Source: Halobacteriota archaeon (lineage in GTDB: Archaea; Halobacteriota; Bog-38; Methanoflorentales; Methanoflorentaceae). From it: a stretch of DNA of 64,000 nt. Shown one piece after another: positions 20,823 through 29,962 of the stretch (positions are counted from its first letter, which is position 1; each line of letters starts with the position of its first letter). The notes beneath the pieces were generated by a model. The model saw nothing but the letters and a program-made list of their open reading frames with translations. It was not told the origin of the DNA and made no database searches. The stretch is taken from the NCBI GenBank assembly GCA_050011655.1, contig JBEKIR010000001.1, positions 4,519-68,518 on the forward strand, written 5' to 3'. The translations under genes and the position numbers were made by a program.

Positions 20823-21775
20823 TCGAAGTAGTTGCGCCATCGAGACTTCATATCACCCTCATTGACTTGAACGGCTCGCTCGGACGCATTGATGGGGGCG
20901 TCGGACTCACTCTCAACTTTCCATCAGTGAAGATCAACGCGCGAGAGGATGCTCAGCTTGCGGTTCTAGGAAACACAACGTTCGGAGACCGAATAAGAAG
21001 AGCAGCGTCAGCGATCATGATGCGGCACGACGTCGGGGGCGTAGCGATCGAGGTCGTCGACGAATTTCCTGCTCACGTTGGACTAGGCTCAGGAACCCAA
21101 GTCGCGCTAGCAGTCGGAACGGCGATAAGCGAACTCTACGACCTGCGCTTGACGCCAACGGCCATTGCCCAACTAACGGGAAGGGGGGGCACCTCTGGTA
21201 TCGGCGTCGCGGCGTACGAGCGGGGGGGATTCATCATTGATGGAGGTCACAAAGGCAAGACGGCGTTCTTGCCATCGTCGGCTTCTGGAAAATATGCCCC
21301 AGCCCCAATGATCGTCCGTCACGATTTTCCGGATTGGACGATCGTTCTTGCCATACCAAATCTACACGGTGCGAGCGACAGACGCGAGGTCGATATATTC
21401 AAACAAAAGTGCCCGCTGCCGCTCACCGAGATCCAGGAGCTTTGCCACGTTATTTTGATGGAATTGCTTCCGGCAGTCGTGGAACGAGACATCGAAAGTT
21501 TCGGCCAATCGATCGATCGAGTTCAGATGCTAGGTTTCAAGCGCCGAGAACTTGAGCTACAGCCGTTCTGCGCGCGTCTCGTTCAATTCATGAGAGATAA
21601 CGGGGCGCTGGGTGCCGGAATGAGTTCGTTTGGCCCCGCCGTATATGGGATAGCTGACGGAAAGCGGCTGCAACTTGTAGTTCAGCGTTACTTGGACGAG
21701 ACTACCGGAGGCGCAGTCCACACAGTAAAAGCGCAAAACAGCGGCGCGCGCGTCCGCGAGATCTCGTTGGGCTAA
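20819..21775 (+). CDS. mptG: Beta-ribofuranosylaminobenzene 5'-phosphate synthase (GHMP family, methanopterin pathway)
   Basis: PSRLHITLIDLNG..GRIDGGVG, HVGLGSGTQ, GRGGTSGIG, GAGMSSFGP. Confidence 0.92.
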   Translation: MIEVVAPSRLHITLIDLNGSLGRIDGGVGLTLNFPSVKINAREDAQLAVLGNTTFGDRIRRAASAIMMRHDVGGVAIEVVDEFPAHVGLGSGTQVALAVGTAISELYDLRLTPTAIAQLTGRGGTSGIGVAAYERGGFIIDGGHKGKTAFLPSSASGKYAPAPMIVRHDFPDWTIVLAIPNLHGASDRREVDIFKQKCPLPLTEIQELCHVILMELLPAVVERDIESFGQSIDRVQMLGFKRRELELQPFCARLVQFMRDNGALGAGMSSFGPAVYGIADGKRLQLVVQRYLDETTGGAVHTVKAQNSGARVREISLG

Positions 21776-21814
21776 CAGACTCCGGATTCCTCGCGAGGAG
21801 GTCAAGAGATTCGT

Positions 21815-22348
21815 ATGAAAGATCTGAACGTTCCACTGTCGAAGGCGCAGCGATTGTTATTGATGACAGACGGCTCAGTTACGACTCTGCTCGAAGTGCT
21901 GACCGGGAAACCTGTTGTCGTGAAGACGTTGCTTCAACAGGTCGTCAGAGCGGACACCGAAAGAGCCGCGGCGTTGGACGTAGAGGAAGGCGACAACATA
22001 AACTATCGCGTCGTTGTTCTCAAAAACGACGACGACGCCCGACCGCTGATCTACGCCGAGTCCTACACGCCTATCGCACGCGTGCAAAAAGAGTTCAGAC
22101 ACGACCTAATGAAAGCTGACATACCGATAGGACGAATCTTGACGCAGCGAAGAATTGAATCACGACGGGAAATCAGAAGAGTTGATACCACTTCGAACGA
22201 CGAGCTTAGCGACTTGTTTGGCGTCCCTCATAACGTGCTGCTGCTGTCTCGGACATACGATATCATTAGTCACGGAATGGTGCTAATGCGGATCACTGAG
22301 ACATTCCCTTCCACGAGTTTTGTAAAAAACGCTGTGGAAGGCCCTTGA
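21815..22348 (+). CDS. Chorismate pyruvate-lyase family protein (DUF98)
   Basis: QRLLLMTDGSVTTLLE, YAESY, ADIPIGRIL, SRTYDII, ITETFP. Confidence 0.85.
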   Translation: MKDLNVPLSKAQRLLLMTDGSVTTLLEVLTGKPVVVKTLLQQVVRADTERAAALDVEEGDNINYRVVVLKNDDDARPLIYAESYTPIARVQKEFRHDLMKADIPIGRILTQRRIESRREIRRVDTTSNDELSDLFGVPHNVLLLSRTYDIISHGMVLMRITETFPSTSFVKNAVEGP

Positions 22349-22441
22349 CTATCGCCCGCCGAGAGCGCCACCCAAACTGAAGATATTAGCTTTGTGTTCC
22401 TCACCGGAGCACCTCGCCTCGACACCGTAACAGCTCCTTAG

Positions 22442-23659
22442 TCACCGCACTCTCTTCAATACCACGGCGATTACTGCCGCAAACAGCAACCCAAACATCG
22501 CTGACACAGTTTCGAATCCGGGCAAAAGTGTTGGAGCGCGCTGACCCGCATTGCCTGTCGTATTGACGTATGTGGTTGAAGTGGTAGATGCCGCAGCAGA
22601 CGGGGAAGCAGATGGCGTCGCAGTCGGGTGAACCATACCATAGTTCTCGACAAGCTTGAAAAGAGGATATTTATCTCCGCCAAATGGGGTGTCTCCGATT
22701 CTGTTCCAGTCTGCATCGGATCCGACATAATTTGAGTAGTAGTTACCGACGAATCCGCTAAACGAATTGCCGCTGAAGGTATAGTTGAGCGGCGTTGTGG
22801 AGTTGATCTTGTTGCCTCTTGCGCATAGAAATTACTTTTCTCGGCCAAGAAGTTATTGAAATGGGACGTGTTAGCTTGCGAGTCACTGATAAGCACACCG
22901 TTTTCAGCATTTGCCTTAAAGGTGTTGAACCAGAACTGGTTATTGTCGGTTCCGTCGCGAAGACGCGCGCCAAATTGAGCGTTCGAGCTGAGCGTGTTGT
23001 TTGAAAACGCGTTATTCTTTGAGTTGAATGGAGATGCCCCAAAGTTTTGGTTGTTGCTCAATTCACAGTGCGTGACATTGTCGCGTTCGAGTTAAACATG
23101 TAAATGCCGTCGCTTAGTGACGCATTTCCGCCGCCGCCTTTTTCATTCGAGGCGCTGTTATTCGAAAGTTTGTTTCGGCATCACCCATCTAAGTAGATGC
23201 CAAAACCGTTATTGTTTAGGTTGTTGTTGCCTATCAGATTGCCTGTGGCGCCAGCTACGTAGACCCCTAAAACGTTGCCATTCACCACGCACGCGGTAAG
23301 TACGCAGTTCGATGTGCGCCCAAACGCGACCCCCATCTTTCCCGCGGTTATGGTGAACCCCTGGATCGTAATGTTGCTACCGCTCAGCAGGAAAACGTCT
23401 TTGCTCGTTTCAGCAGCCTTGACTACCATTGCTGATGCTCCATTTGAAGAAACAACAGTGAGGGGCTTATCGACCACGATATTTTCGACATAAGTTCCAA
23501 GCTAAACGAGTACAGTGTCGCCTAGCTGTGCAGCTTTAACGGCTTCCGAGATCGTCCGATACTGTCCTCCCGCTCCTACCTAATTTCAGCGGCGTTTGCC
23601 CAAAGGATCGCTGTCGATATGCACGCGGCAAAAACGAAACACGCTGCAACTAACTGCAT
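22442..23659 (-). pseudogene. Disrupted NosD/CASH parallel beta-helix surface protein with PGF-CTERM
   Basis: Fragments in successive frames: signal peptide, YRTISEAVKAAQLGDTVLV*LGTYVENIVVDKPL (in-frame TAG 23502-23504), N-rich beta-helix repeats, GNYYSNYVG..IGDTP..DKYPL, Thr/Ser linker, LPGFE + TM + KRVR; at least 4 frameshifts. Confidence 0.88.
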
Positions 23660-23895
23660 GACTTGTTCGCGTTCACAATTGCAGGAAAAAACAAAATTCG
23701 GCGATTTCAGAGTCGAGTGAGCGCAATGCTGCAACAGACTCTTGTATCTGCAGTTTGCCGAATATATAAAATACCAAAATGGGACAAAAACGCCCAAAAC
23801 ATCAAACGTTGGAATAAGGAGCTGCGAGACGCACGCAGAACAAGATTCCTGTAGAAAACTAATCTGAACTGGCCGCGTGGGCAGAAATTGCTTCG

Positions 23896-24465
23896 CTAAG
23901 AGGTTACAACTAAGTGCACAGGGGGGAGTTCTGAGGATTGATACATGTTGTTACCCGCATAGCTAACCGTCAGCGTGTGCGAGCCGCTTGTGGCCGTCCA
24001 ATCAAAATTTGCAGTTGCAAAGCACCTACCTTCTGTCGGCGACTGCGGATGCACCTGTCCCACCGATTTACCGTCGATCAAAACAGTGACGGTGGCCCCG
24101 TTACCGCAAAGTATGTGCCCCTGTGCAATTACCTCAAATGCCCAACTCACCTTCGTTCCCTGCGTTATAGGGCTTTGTGTTTGCGAGAGGAAGGTAGGGC
24201 TGCCACTAATCGAGGTGGCAATTTTCCCCGATGCTGGAGGTACTGCAGTCGGCGTCGCGCTAGCGCTGGGTGACGGCTTGACGCTTGAGGCCGTTTTGAC
24301 CGCTGACGAACTCGACTTTGTCGTAGTTGACGCATTCGTTGACGACGTATTTGAGCTCGAGCTCGCGACTTGTGGGCTAGTTTGAGTTGGCGAAGAACAG
24401 CCAGCTACCAAGATAATGGCGATCACCGTCGCGAGCACTAACAAAGAGAGACGACTTTTCTTCAT
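23896..24465 (-). CDS. Lipoprotein with Ser/Thr-rich linker and C-terminal Ig-like domain
   Basis: Lipobox LVAG-C, S/T-rich tract, GSHTLTVSYAGN beta-sandwich pattern. Confidence 0.8.
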   Translation of the reverse strand: MKKSRLSLLVLATVIAIILVAGCSSPTQTSPQVASSSSNTSSTNASTTTKSSSSAVKTASSVKPSPSASATPTAVPPASGKIATSISGSPTFLSQTQSPITQGTKVSWAFEVIAQGHILCGNGATVTVLIDGKSVGQVHPQSPTEGRCFATANFDWTATSGSHTLTVSYAGNNMYQSSELPPVHLVVTS

Positions 24466-24624
24466 GTTGTTTGCCCAGATATCGTAACTATACGCGGCCC
24501 TTATATAATAATGACGATAACGCTCGTGAGCTGTCGCTTTACGGATTTACGCGCGTCCGCACCAATGCAGTCGAAGGTGATGGCGTTACATGCCGCTGAC
24601 AGACGCACACGCGTGTTTCCCCCT

Positions 24625-26379
24625 TTAAGCTCCTCTCTGCCAGACAGCGCCGTCGGTGCCGCGCACAAAGACGTCGATCACACCATTAGCCGGTGACGTC
24701 GCAGCGGGTGACGACGTCAGATTTCCGCCGAGGGATGCCCAGGCTGACCACGCTGACCCTTGGAGCGACTTGTGCCAGAGCGCGTGGTCGGTGCCCTGTA
24801 CAAAGGCGTCGAGGCTGTTTGCATTCTGCGCGTACACGGCAGGGCCGGTGCCGGAGGCAAGTTGCCCACCGAGGCTGGACCAGTTAGACCAGGATGCCCC
24901 TCCATTCGTGGTAGACCTAGACCATAGGGCGCCGTTGGTGCCGCGTACAAAGACGTCGATCACACCATTAGCCGGTGACGTCGCAGCGGGTGACGACGCC
25001 AGATTTCCGCCGAGGGACTTCCACGACGACCACTTCGTGCCATCCCAGTGCGTATACCAGAGCGCGTGGTCGGTGCCCTGTACAAAGGCGTCGAGGCTGT
25101 TTGCATTCTGCGCGCACACGGCAGGGCCGGTGCCGGAAGCACTTTGCCCACCGATCGTTTTCCATGAGCCCCAAGTGCCTCCCGAGAGCTGCTTAGAGTA
25201 GAGAGCGCCGTTGGTGCCTCCCGCAAGTACGTCCATCACCCCGTTAGCCGGTGACGTCGCAGCGGGTGACGACGCCAGATTTCCTCCGAGGGATGCCCAG
25301 GCTGACCACGCTGACCCTTGGAACGACTTGTGCCAGAGCGTGTGGTCGGTGCCCTGTACAAAGGCGTCGAGGCTGTTTGCATTCTGCGCGCACACGGCAG
25401 GGCCGGTGCCGGAAGCAAGTTGCCCGCCGAGGCTTGACCAGGAGCCCCCGAAGGGGGCAGAGCTACTCGGTGGGTAATACGTTTGTAGGTCTGCGACTAC
25501 CGATTCGAGTCCGCATGCTTTATAGTTGCTAAGCCCCCGAGGACTAGCACCGCACCATGCGTGGAAGCTGGTGAAGCCGATTCCATTAGCATACGACCAA
25601 TCTAACATTGACTTGTAACTGGGTGTGCTGCCGCTAAGTGAGTTGGCAAGTATCTGGTTGGCGCCTCTGGTATTGTTCCACACGCCGGCGAGGATTCCGT
25701 TCTGGATTCCAAGCGCAGCGGCCTGTGTTGATCCATTTTGCATGTAAGGCCACTCTGCTGTGTAGTAGCTCTCCCAGCTGTTCGCGACCGTAAATGGGTC
25801 CTTATACACGTTTCCCCACAGACCACACTGATCACAGTTGAAGTTCACATAACCTTGGAAGTAATTCTTCATGTAAGCGAGATCGCCAGTCCTGCCGCCT
25901 TCCGAGGCGACGTAGTGCCAGCCGGCGTTTTCAAGTGATTGGAAGTAGCTGCTGAAGTTGGTAATCGGCGTGTTCGATAGCTGCCCCTCGTTCCAAATGG
26001 GCGCCTCAACATCAATAATCGGCGTCATGCCAAGCGATTTGATCTTATTAAGCTCCGTCTGGTACGTTTGGTTGTCGGGAACAACCAAAACAACTGCAGT
26101 GAATCCGTGTTGTTGAAAATAGCTCAGAGAGGAGCCATCATCTACCATTGACGGCGGGCAACCAATCCAATACTGTATCGGATGCGTCGTTGCGCCTACT
26201 AATGGCTGCGCGCCCGTCGCGTTCGCAGCAAAAGGAGTACTAATCGCCGCGTTTGCGGTTGCAGCGGTCAGAGTGATCAAAACCGTGCCCAAAAGCAAAA
26301 GATATGAGAACTTCTTGAAGCGCTGAGTCCAGCAGTGCATTCGGGCGCGCGTTTTGTTGCAAGACACTGACTTCTCCAT
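24625..26379 (-). CDS. Secreted protein: uncharacterised N-terminal (possibly TIM-barrel glycosidase-like) domain plus PLL-like lectin beta-propeller repeats
   Basis: Signal peptide; six repeats WxSLGG...PA....lDvFVrGTD.aLW typical of PLL/fucose-lectin propellers. Confidence 0.78.
   Translation of the reverse strand: MEKSVSCNKTRARMHCWTQRFKKFSYLLLLGTVLITLTAATANAAISTPFAANATGAQPLVGATTHPIQYWIGCPPSMVDDGSSLSYFQQHGFTAVVLVVPDNQTYQTELNKIKSLGMTPIIDVEAPIWNEGQLSNTPITNFSSYFQSLENAGWHYVASEGGRTGDLAYMKNYFQGYVNFNCDQCGLWGNVYKDPFTVANSWESYYTAEWPYMQNGSTQAAALGIQNGILAGVWNNTRGANQILANSLSGSTPSYKSMLDWSYANGIGFTSFHAWCGASPRGLSNYKACGLESVVADLQTYYPPSSSAPFGGSWSSLGGQLASGTGPAVCAQNANSLDAFVQGTDHTLWHKSFQGSAWSAWASLGGNLASSPAATSPANGVMDVLAGGTNGALYSKQLSGGTWGSWKTIGGQSASGTGPAVCAQNANSLDAFVQGTDHALWYTHWDGTKWSSWKSLGGNLASSPAATSPANGVIDVFVRGTNGALWSRSTTNGGASWSNWSSLGGQLASGTGPAVYAQNANSLDAFVQGTDHALWHKSLQGSAWSAWASLGGNLTSSPAATSPANGVIDVFVRGTDGAVWQRGA
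24640..25445. repeat. Three near-identical ~280-bp intragenic tandem repeats (two propeller blades each)
   Basis: Marker tacaaaggcgtcgaggctgtttgcattctgcgcg at 24799, 25081 and 25357 (periods 282 and 276 bp). Confidence 0.95.
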
Positions 26380-26607
26380 GGTGCATCAACTGACGGAAGC
26401 AAGCCGCAACAACAACAGGTTGCGAGTTGTGGCCCTTAAATGGGCTTACAAATCTTTTTGCGATCGTACTTAATATTTGTTATTTGTTTTTTTTCGTTTT
26501 GGACTCTCTGGAGCGAGTAACGCCTCAAATCTCGTTGATATTCGCTGCGGGACGAAAAGGAGAATGAAGACTGAGCGACGCCTTGTCCAACGTACATTTA
26601 TAACGCG

Positions 26608-27543
26608 CTAGAGCTCCGGTGTACTTTCCGTACTTGTTATACGCTCGATCGCCGAATTTGCGGGCTTTCTGGCATATTTCCGATAGATGACTGAAAAGCC
26701 TAAAAACCACACGGGAAAAAGTATGTAGCTTGCGTAGTCGTGTACCGCCCACAGGGCGTTAGCGCCGTAGTAGTATCCAGCTGCGAACAGCAACAGCAGC
26801 CTGACGAAGTTCTGGAGATAGGCCCCGACAACCCCCAAAATAAACAGTCCCATCAGAGCCTTATTTTGGGGTTTTCGGTCTATAAGCATGAGTCCAAAAA
26901 TCGCCAGGAATATTGCTAGCGAGTCACTTCCCGCGCATCGCGTATCGACCTGCGCAGCAATGCTGCTACCCAGTAGGCTGTTCACCGTGACGGTAACCCC
27001 GTCCAAAGTGACAGGGAGTCCGAAAAGTTGCAATGTTGATACGGAGAGGATAGCGGTTGCTCTCGCAAAAGGGGTCGCTACCGTACTTTCGAGCAGCACA
27101 GGAAAACCAACAGCAATTCCGAATAATCCCAACAACATAAGGGGTATTTTTGACGCTTTTCCAAAGAAGAGCGTGACTTGAGCGACGATAACGAAGCCAA
27201 TGGCAAAAAGAATTGCTGGAAGCGAGTCTAAAAAGGCGGCGACGTAGTACATGAATCCTAAGGAGGCGCCGACAAGTATTGCGCCGAACAATAGCCATTT
27301 AGTATCAGTGGCGCCGCGGGCGTCCTCGAGAATATCGGTTCGTTTAATGTAAATCCACAGGACGCATAGAGCCAGAACTGCCCACAAATAAAACCCATTT
27401 TGTTTAAGCGTAGCGTAATCTAAGAGGAGTGTGCTGTTGCCAAACGCACTCCTAAATATCCCAAAAGTCAAAGCGAGGCACGCAAACAGCAACCCTGCCT
27501 TTAGCATGGCGCTTTGATTCTGCCTGAGTAGCGAAGTATCCAT
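26608..27543 (-). CDS. Exosortase/archaeosortase family transpeptidase
   Basis: Multi-TM protein with conserved C (RCAGSDS), R (QNFVR) and H (VHDY) residues. Confidence 0.85.
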   Translation of the reverse strand: MDTSLLRQNQSAMLKAGLLFACLALTFGIFRSAFGNSTLLLDYATLKQNGFYLWAVLALCVLWIYIKRTDILEDARGATDTKWLLFGAILVGASLGFMYYVAAFLDSLPAILFAIGFVIVAQVTLFFGKASKIPLMLLGLFGIAVGFPVLLESTVATPFARATAILSVSTLQLFGLPVTLDGVTVTVNSLLGSSIAAQVDTRCAGSDSLAIFLAIFGLMLIDRKPQNKALMGLFILGVVGAYLQNFVRLLLLFAAGYYYGANALWAVHDYASYILFPVWFLGFSVIYRKYARKPANSAIERITSTESTPEL

Positions 27544-27661
27544 CAGTTTATTTGCCTCGCAGAAATCGCATCAGAAACCTGCAACTTGATAGAACGACTT
27601 GCGTTAACGACAGTCTTAATACCAAATACGATTTGTGAAAACGTGTTAGATATACTTTTTT

Positions 27662-28516
27662 GTGGAAATGACGATGTCTAAAACCCCCGCCGCGATAAGA
27701 ATTGACGTCGACAGCACACGAGATATCGCCCTCCTGCCTGAACTTCTCGATTTGTTGAAATGTCTTGGCATCAAAGGGACTTTTTTCGTCACCACAGGCC
27801 CCGACAGGCTCGCGCTCAATTTCCTCGAACACCTCGCTCGTCCGCGAAGTTACGCGCAGTTCATCAAGTCGAGGCCGCTGAGATACGGGGCCTATAGTCT
27901 CAATGGTATCTTGCGCAGCACGGAAGTCGAAGCTGCATCACCAGAGATTCTGCAAAGAGTCAAAGAAGATGGACACGAACTGGGACTACACGGGTACGAC
28001 CACTTCACGTGGATTAGCAAATTGTCAATGATGGACGAGACAGCCATCAAACAGTTGATTAACGCCGGCATAACGGCGCTCGAGGCTGTAACTAAGGCCG
28101 AAGCCAAGAGCTTCGCATCGCCAGGATTCACTGTTACAAGCGCTATGCTTCGAGCTATAGATGCGTTTGATTTCGATTACTCGAGCGATTTCAAGGGCAA
28201 CCGCCCTATACCTCCATTTTACCCCGAGACAGGTTCGGACATGAGCGGGGTCTTAGAAGTGCCCGTTTCGATGGATTCGATCGGTGAGCTTTTCACGAAG
28301 GGGTTATCCGCAGACGAGATCAAAACGAGAATATCTGCGTGCGCAGATGTTTGGCACAGCAACCGATTACCGTTCGTGGTATATGCTCACCCGGCGTACG
28401 AACTAGGCTGCCAGAAAGGCCTCTTCGCTTCGGTCCTACAAGATTTACACGAAGACCCGCGCTTTGAGTTCTCAACGCTGGCTCAAATTGCCCGACAATG
28501 GAAGGTGCGCGTTTGA
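27662..28516 (+). CDS. Polysaccharide deacetylase, ArnD-like (CE4/NodB fold)
   Basis: IRIDVDS, FFVTTGPD, GHELGLHGYDH, FASPGF, YSSD, VYAHP. Confidence 0.85.
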   Translation: MEMTMSKTPAAIRIDVDSTRDIALLPELLDLLKCLGIKGTFFVTTGPDRLALNFLEHLARPRSYAQFIKSRPLRYGAYSLNGILRSTEVEAASPEILQRVKEDGHELGLHGYDHFTWISKLSMMDETAIKQLINAGITALEAVTKAEAKSFASPGFTVTSAMLRAIDAFDFDYSSDFKGNRPIPPFYPETGSDMSGVLEVPVSMDSIGELFTKGLSADEIKTRISACADVWHSNRLPFVVYAHPAYELGCQKGLFASVLQDLHEDPRFEFSTLAQIARQWKVRV

Positions 28517-29688
28517 ACTCGCTGAAGATTGCACACATCTATGAGCTCGGTCCGCAGCCGGGAGGGGTATTGTTAGGGGGGATTGAAGTTGCACTGCTTG
28601 AGCTGTCGAAATCGCTAGCAAAACTCGGGCACGAAGTCACGATAGTGAGCGGGGCAAGCAGCAGAGCCACTGACTTTCGCATTGAAGACGTGTCAGTCAA
28701 AAACATTGAACTTGGAGGCTCTATGAAACGCACCTGGGATCCTGCAAACCTAAGATTTGCCCGACAGGTCGCATTTCCGTTTGCTACGTTTGCTGCAGAT
28801 CTCTCTGGGTTTGATATCTACCACGGCCACTTCTACACGTCAGGCGTGGCAGCAAACGTTTTGGCTCGAAAATATGGAGGAACAGCGGTCAACACGCTTC
28901 ACGGGTCCTACTATGACATTTGGCGTTACATAGAGCCTCCTATCGTCGCGTCACTCTACCGATTTACAGAACGCGCGCTCGCCCCCACTCTTGCGCGAAT
29001 GTCCAAGATCCAGATTCACACGGGCGCGTATTTCGCCAGCAGAGTTATTGACTGGGGCGCACCCGCCGACAAGGTGGTGACAATACATAACGGCTTCAAC
29101 CCGCGCGCGTTTCACCCCGACGTTGTTCCTGCGGAATCCCTCTCTGACCAAACGGTTCTGTTTACCGCGCGAAGACTTGTCGAAAAGAACGGCGTGGACT
29201 ATCTCATTTTGGCCATGCCGGACATCATCGCGCAACACGATGCCCAGCTTGTGATCGCCGGGGATGGGCCAGAGAAGCATCACCTCGAAAGGCTTGTTGA
29301 GCAGCACGGCCTTCAAGACACCGTATCGTTCATAGGAGCGGTGCCGCACACAGAGTTGCCTCAGTACATTTCGGCATCGGATATCGTCGTGATCCCAAGC
29401 TTGATGGAAGCGTCTAGTCTCTTTTTGATAGAGTCAATGGCCTGTAAACGTCCGGTAGTCGCAACGAACGTAGGGGGAATTCCTGAGATATTGAACGACC
29501 GCTGCGGCGTGCTCGTGTGCCCACGAGATGTGTTTGCGCTGTCACAAGCTGTGAATCGGCTCCTAGCTGATCAGAACCTACGAGACGATCTCGCAACAGA
29601 GGCTTACGCAGCCGTTAGAGGGGCCCTTACGTGGGATAACGTCGCTCGGAGAACTGAGAAGGTGTACGCGAAGGCACTTCGCAGATGA
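28513..29688 (+). CDS. Glycosyltransferase family 4 (GT-B)
   Basis: GGIE, GHEVTIV, RRLVEKNG, GDGPE, PSLMEA..LIESMAC..PVVATNVGGIPE. Confidence 0.93.
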   Translation: MNSLKIAHIYELGPQPGGVLLGGIEVALLELSKSLAKLGHEVTIVSGASSRATDFRIEDVSVKNIELGGSMKRTWDPANLRFARQVAFPFATFAADLSGFDIYHGHFYTSGVAANVLARKYGGTAVNTLHGSYYDIWRYIEPPIVASLYRFTERALAPTLARMSKIQIHTGAYFASRVIDWGAPADKVVTIHNGFNPRAFHPDVVPAESLSDQTVLFTARRLVEKNGVDYLILAMPDIIAQHDAQLVIAGDGPEKHHLERLVEQHGLQDTVSFIGAVPHTELPQYISASDIVVIPSLMEASSLFLIESMACKRPVVATNVGGIPEILNDRCGVLVCPRDVFALSQAVNRLLADQNLRDDLATEAYAAVRGALTWDNVARRTEKVYAKALRR

Positions 29689-29692
29689 GCAG

Positions 29693-29890
29693 CTAACGGT
29701 AGTAATCAGGGGCTCGTGCTTTTCTGTATTCTACGCAGCGCTTGCACGAATCGAGCGGAAGTATTCCAAAAGCACCGCAGTGCACGTATTTGGTTGCCCC
29801 GTATTGCTCGTATCCCATGAACGCCAGACAATCTATGTCGGGTTCAGTTGTGCTGGTTCCTAAGCCTATACATCCCCCCCAAAAAATCGT
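29693..29890 (-). CDS. Putative small Cys-rich (Zn-binding) protein, start uncertain
   Basis: Open frame ...DCLAFMGYEQYGATKYVHCGAFGILPLDSCKRCVEYRKARAPDYYR*; in-frame ATG at 29818; TATA-like TTATAAATA upstream. Confidence 0.4.
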   Translation of the reverse strand, partial: TIFWGGCIGLGTSTTEPDIDCLAFMGYEQYGATKYVHCGAFGILPLDSCKRCVEYRKARAPDYYR

Positions 29891-29962
29891 TCATATTATT
29901 ATTATTTATAAGTTGGCGCTCATTTCGCAAGCAAAACAGCCGTTAGAGGTGGCCCGCAGCGA

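Noticed and set aside
23502..23504. In-frame TAG as pyrrolysine readthrough (also TAG at 52541)
   Set aside because: Both occur in genes with multiple frameshifts, so they are ordinary pseudogene lesions
24640..25445. Direct repeats as a CRISPR array or DGR template/variable repeat pair
   Set aside because: Units are ~280 bp, in frame and coding, with no unique spacers; no cas or reverse transcriptase gene in the window
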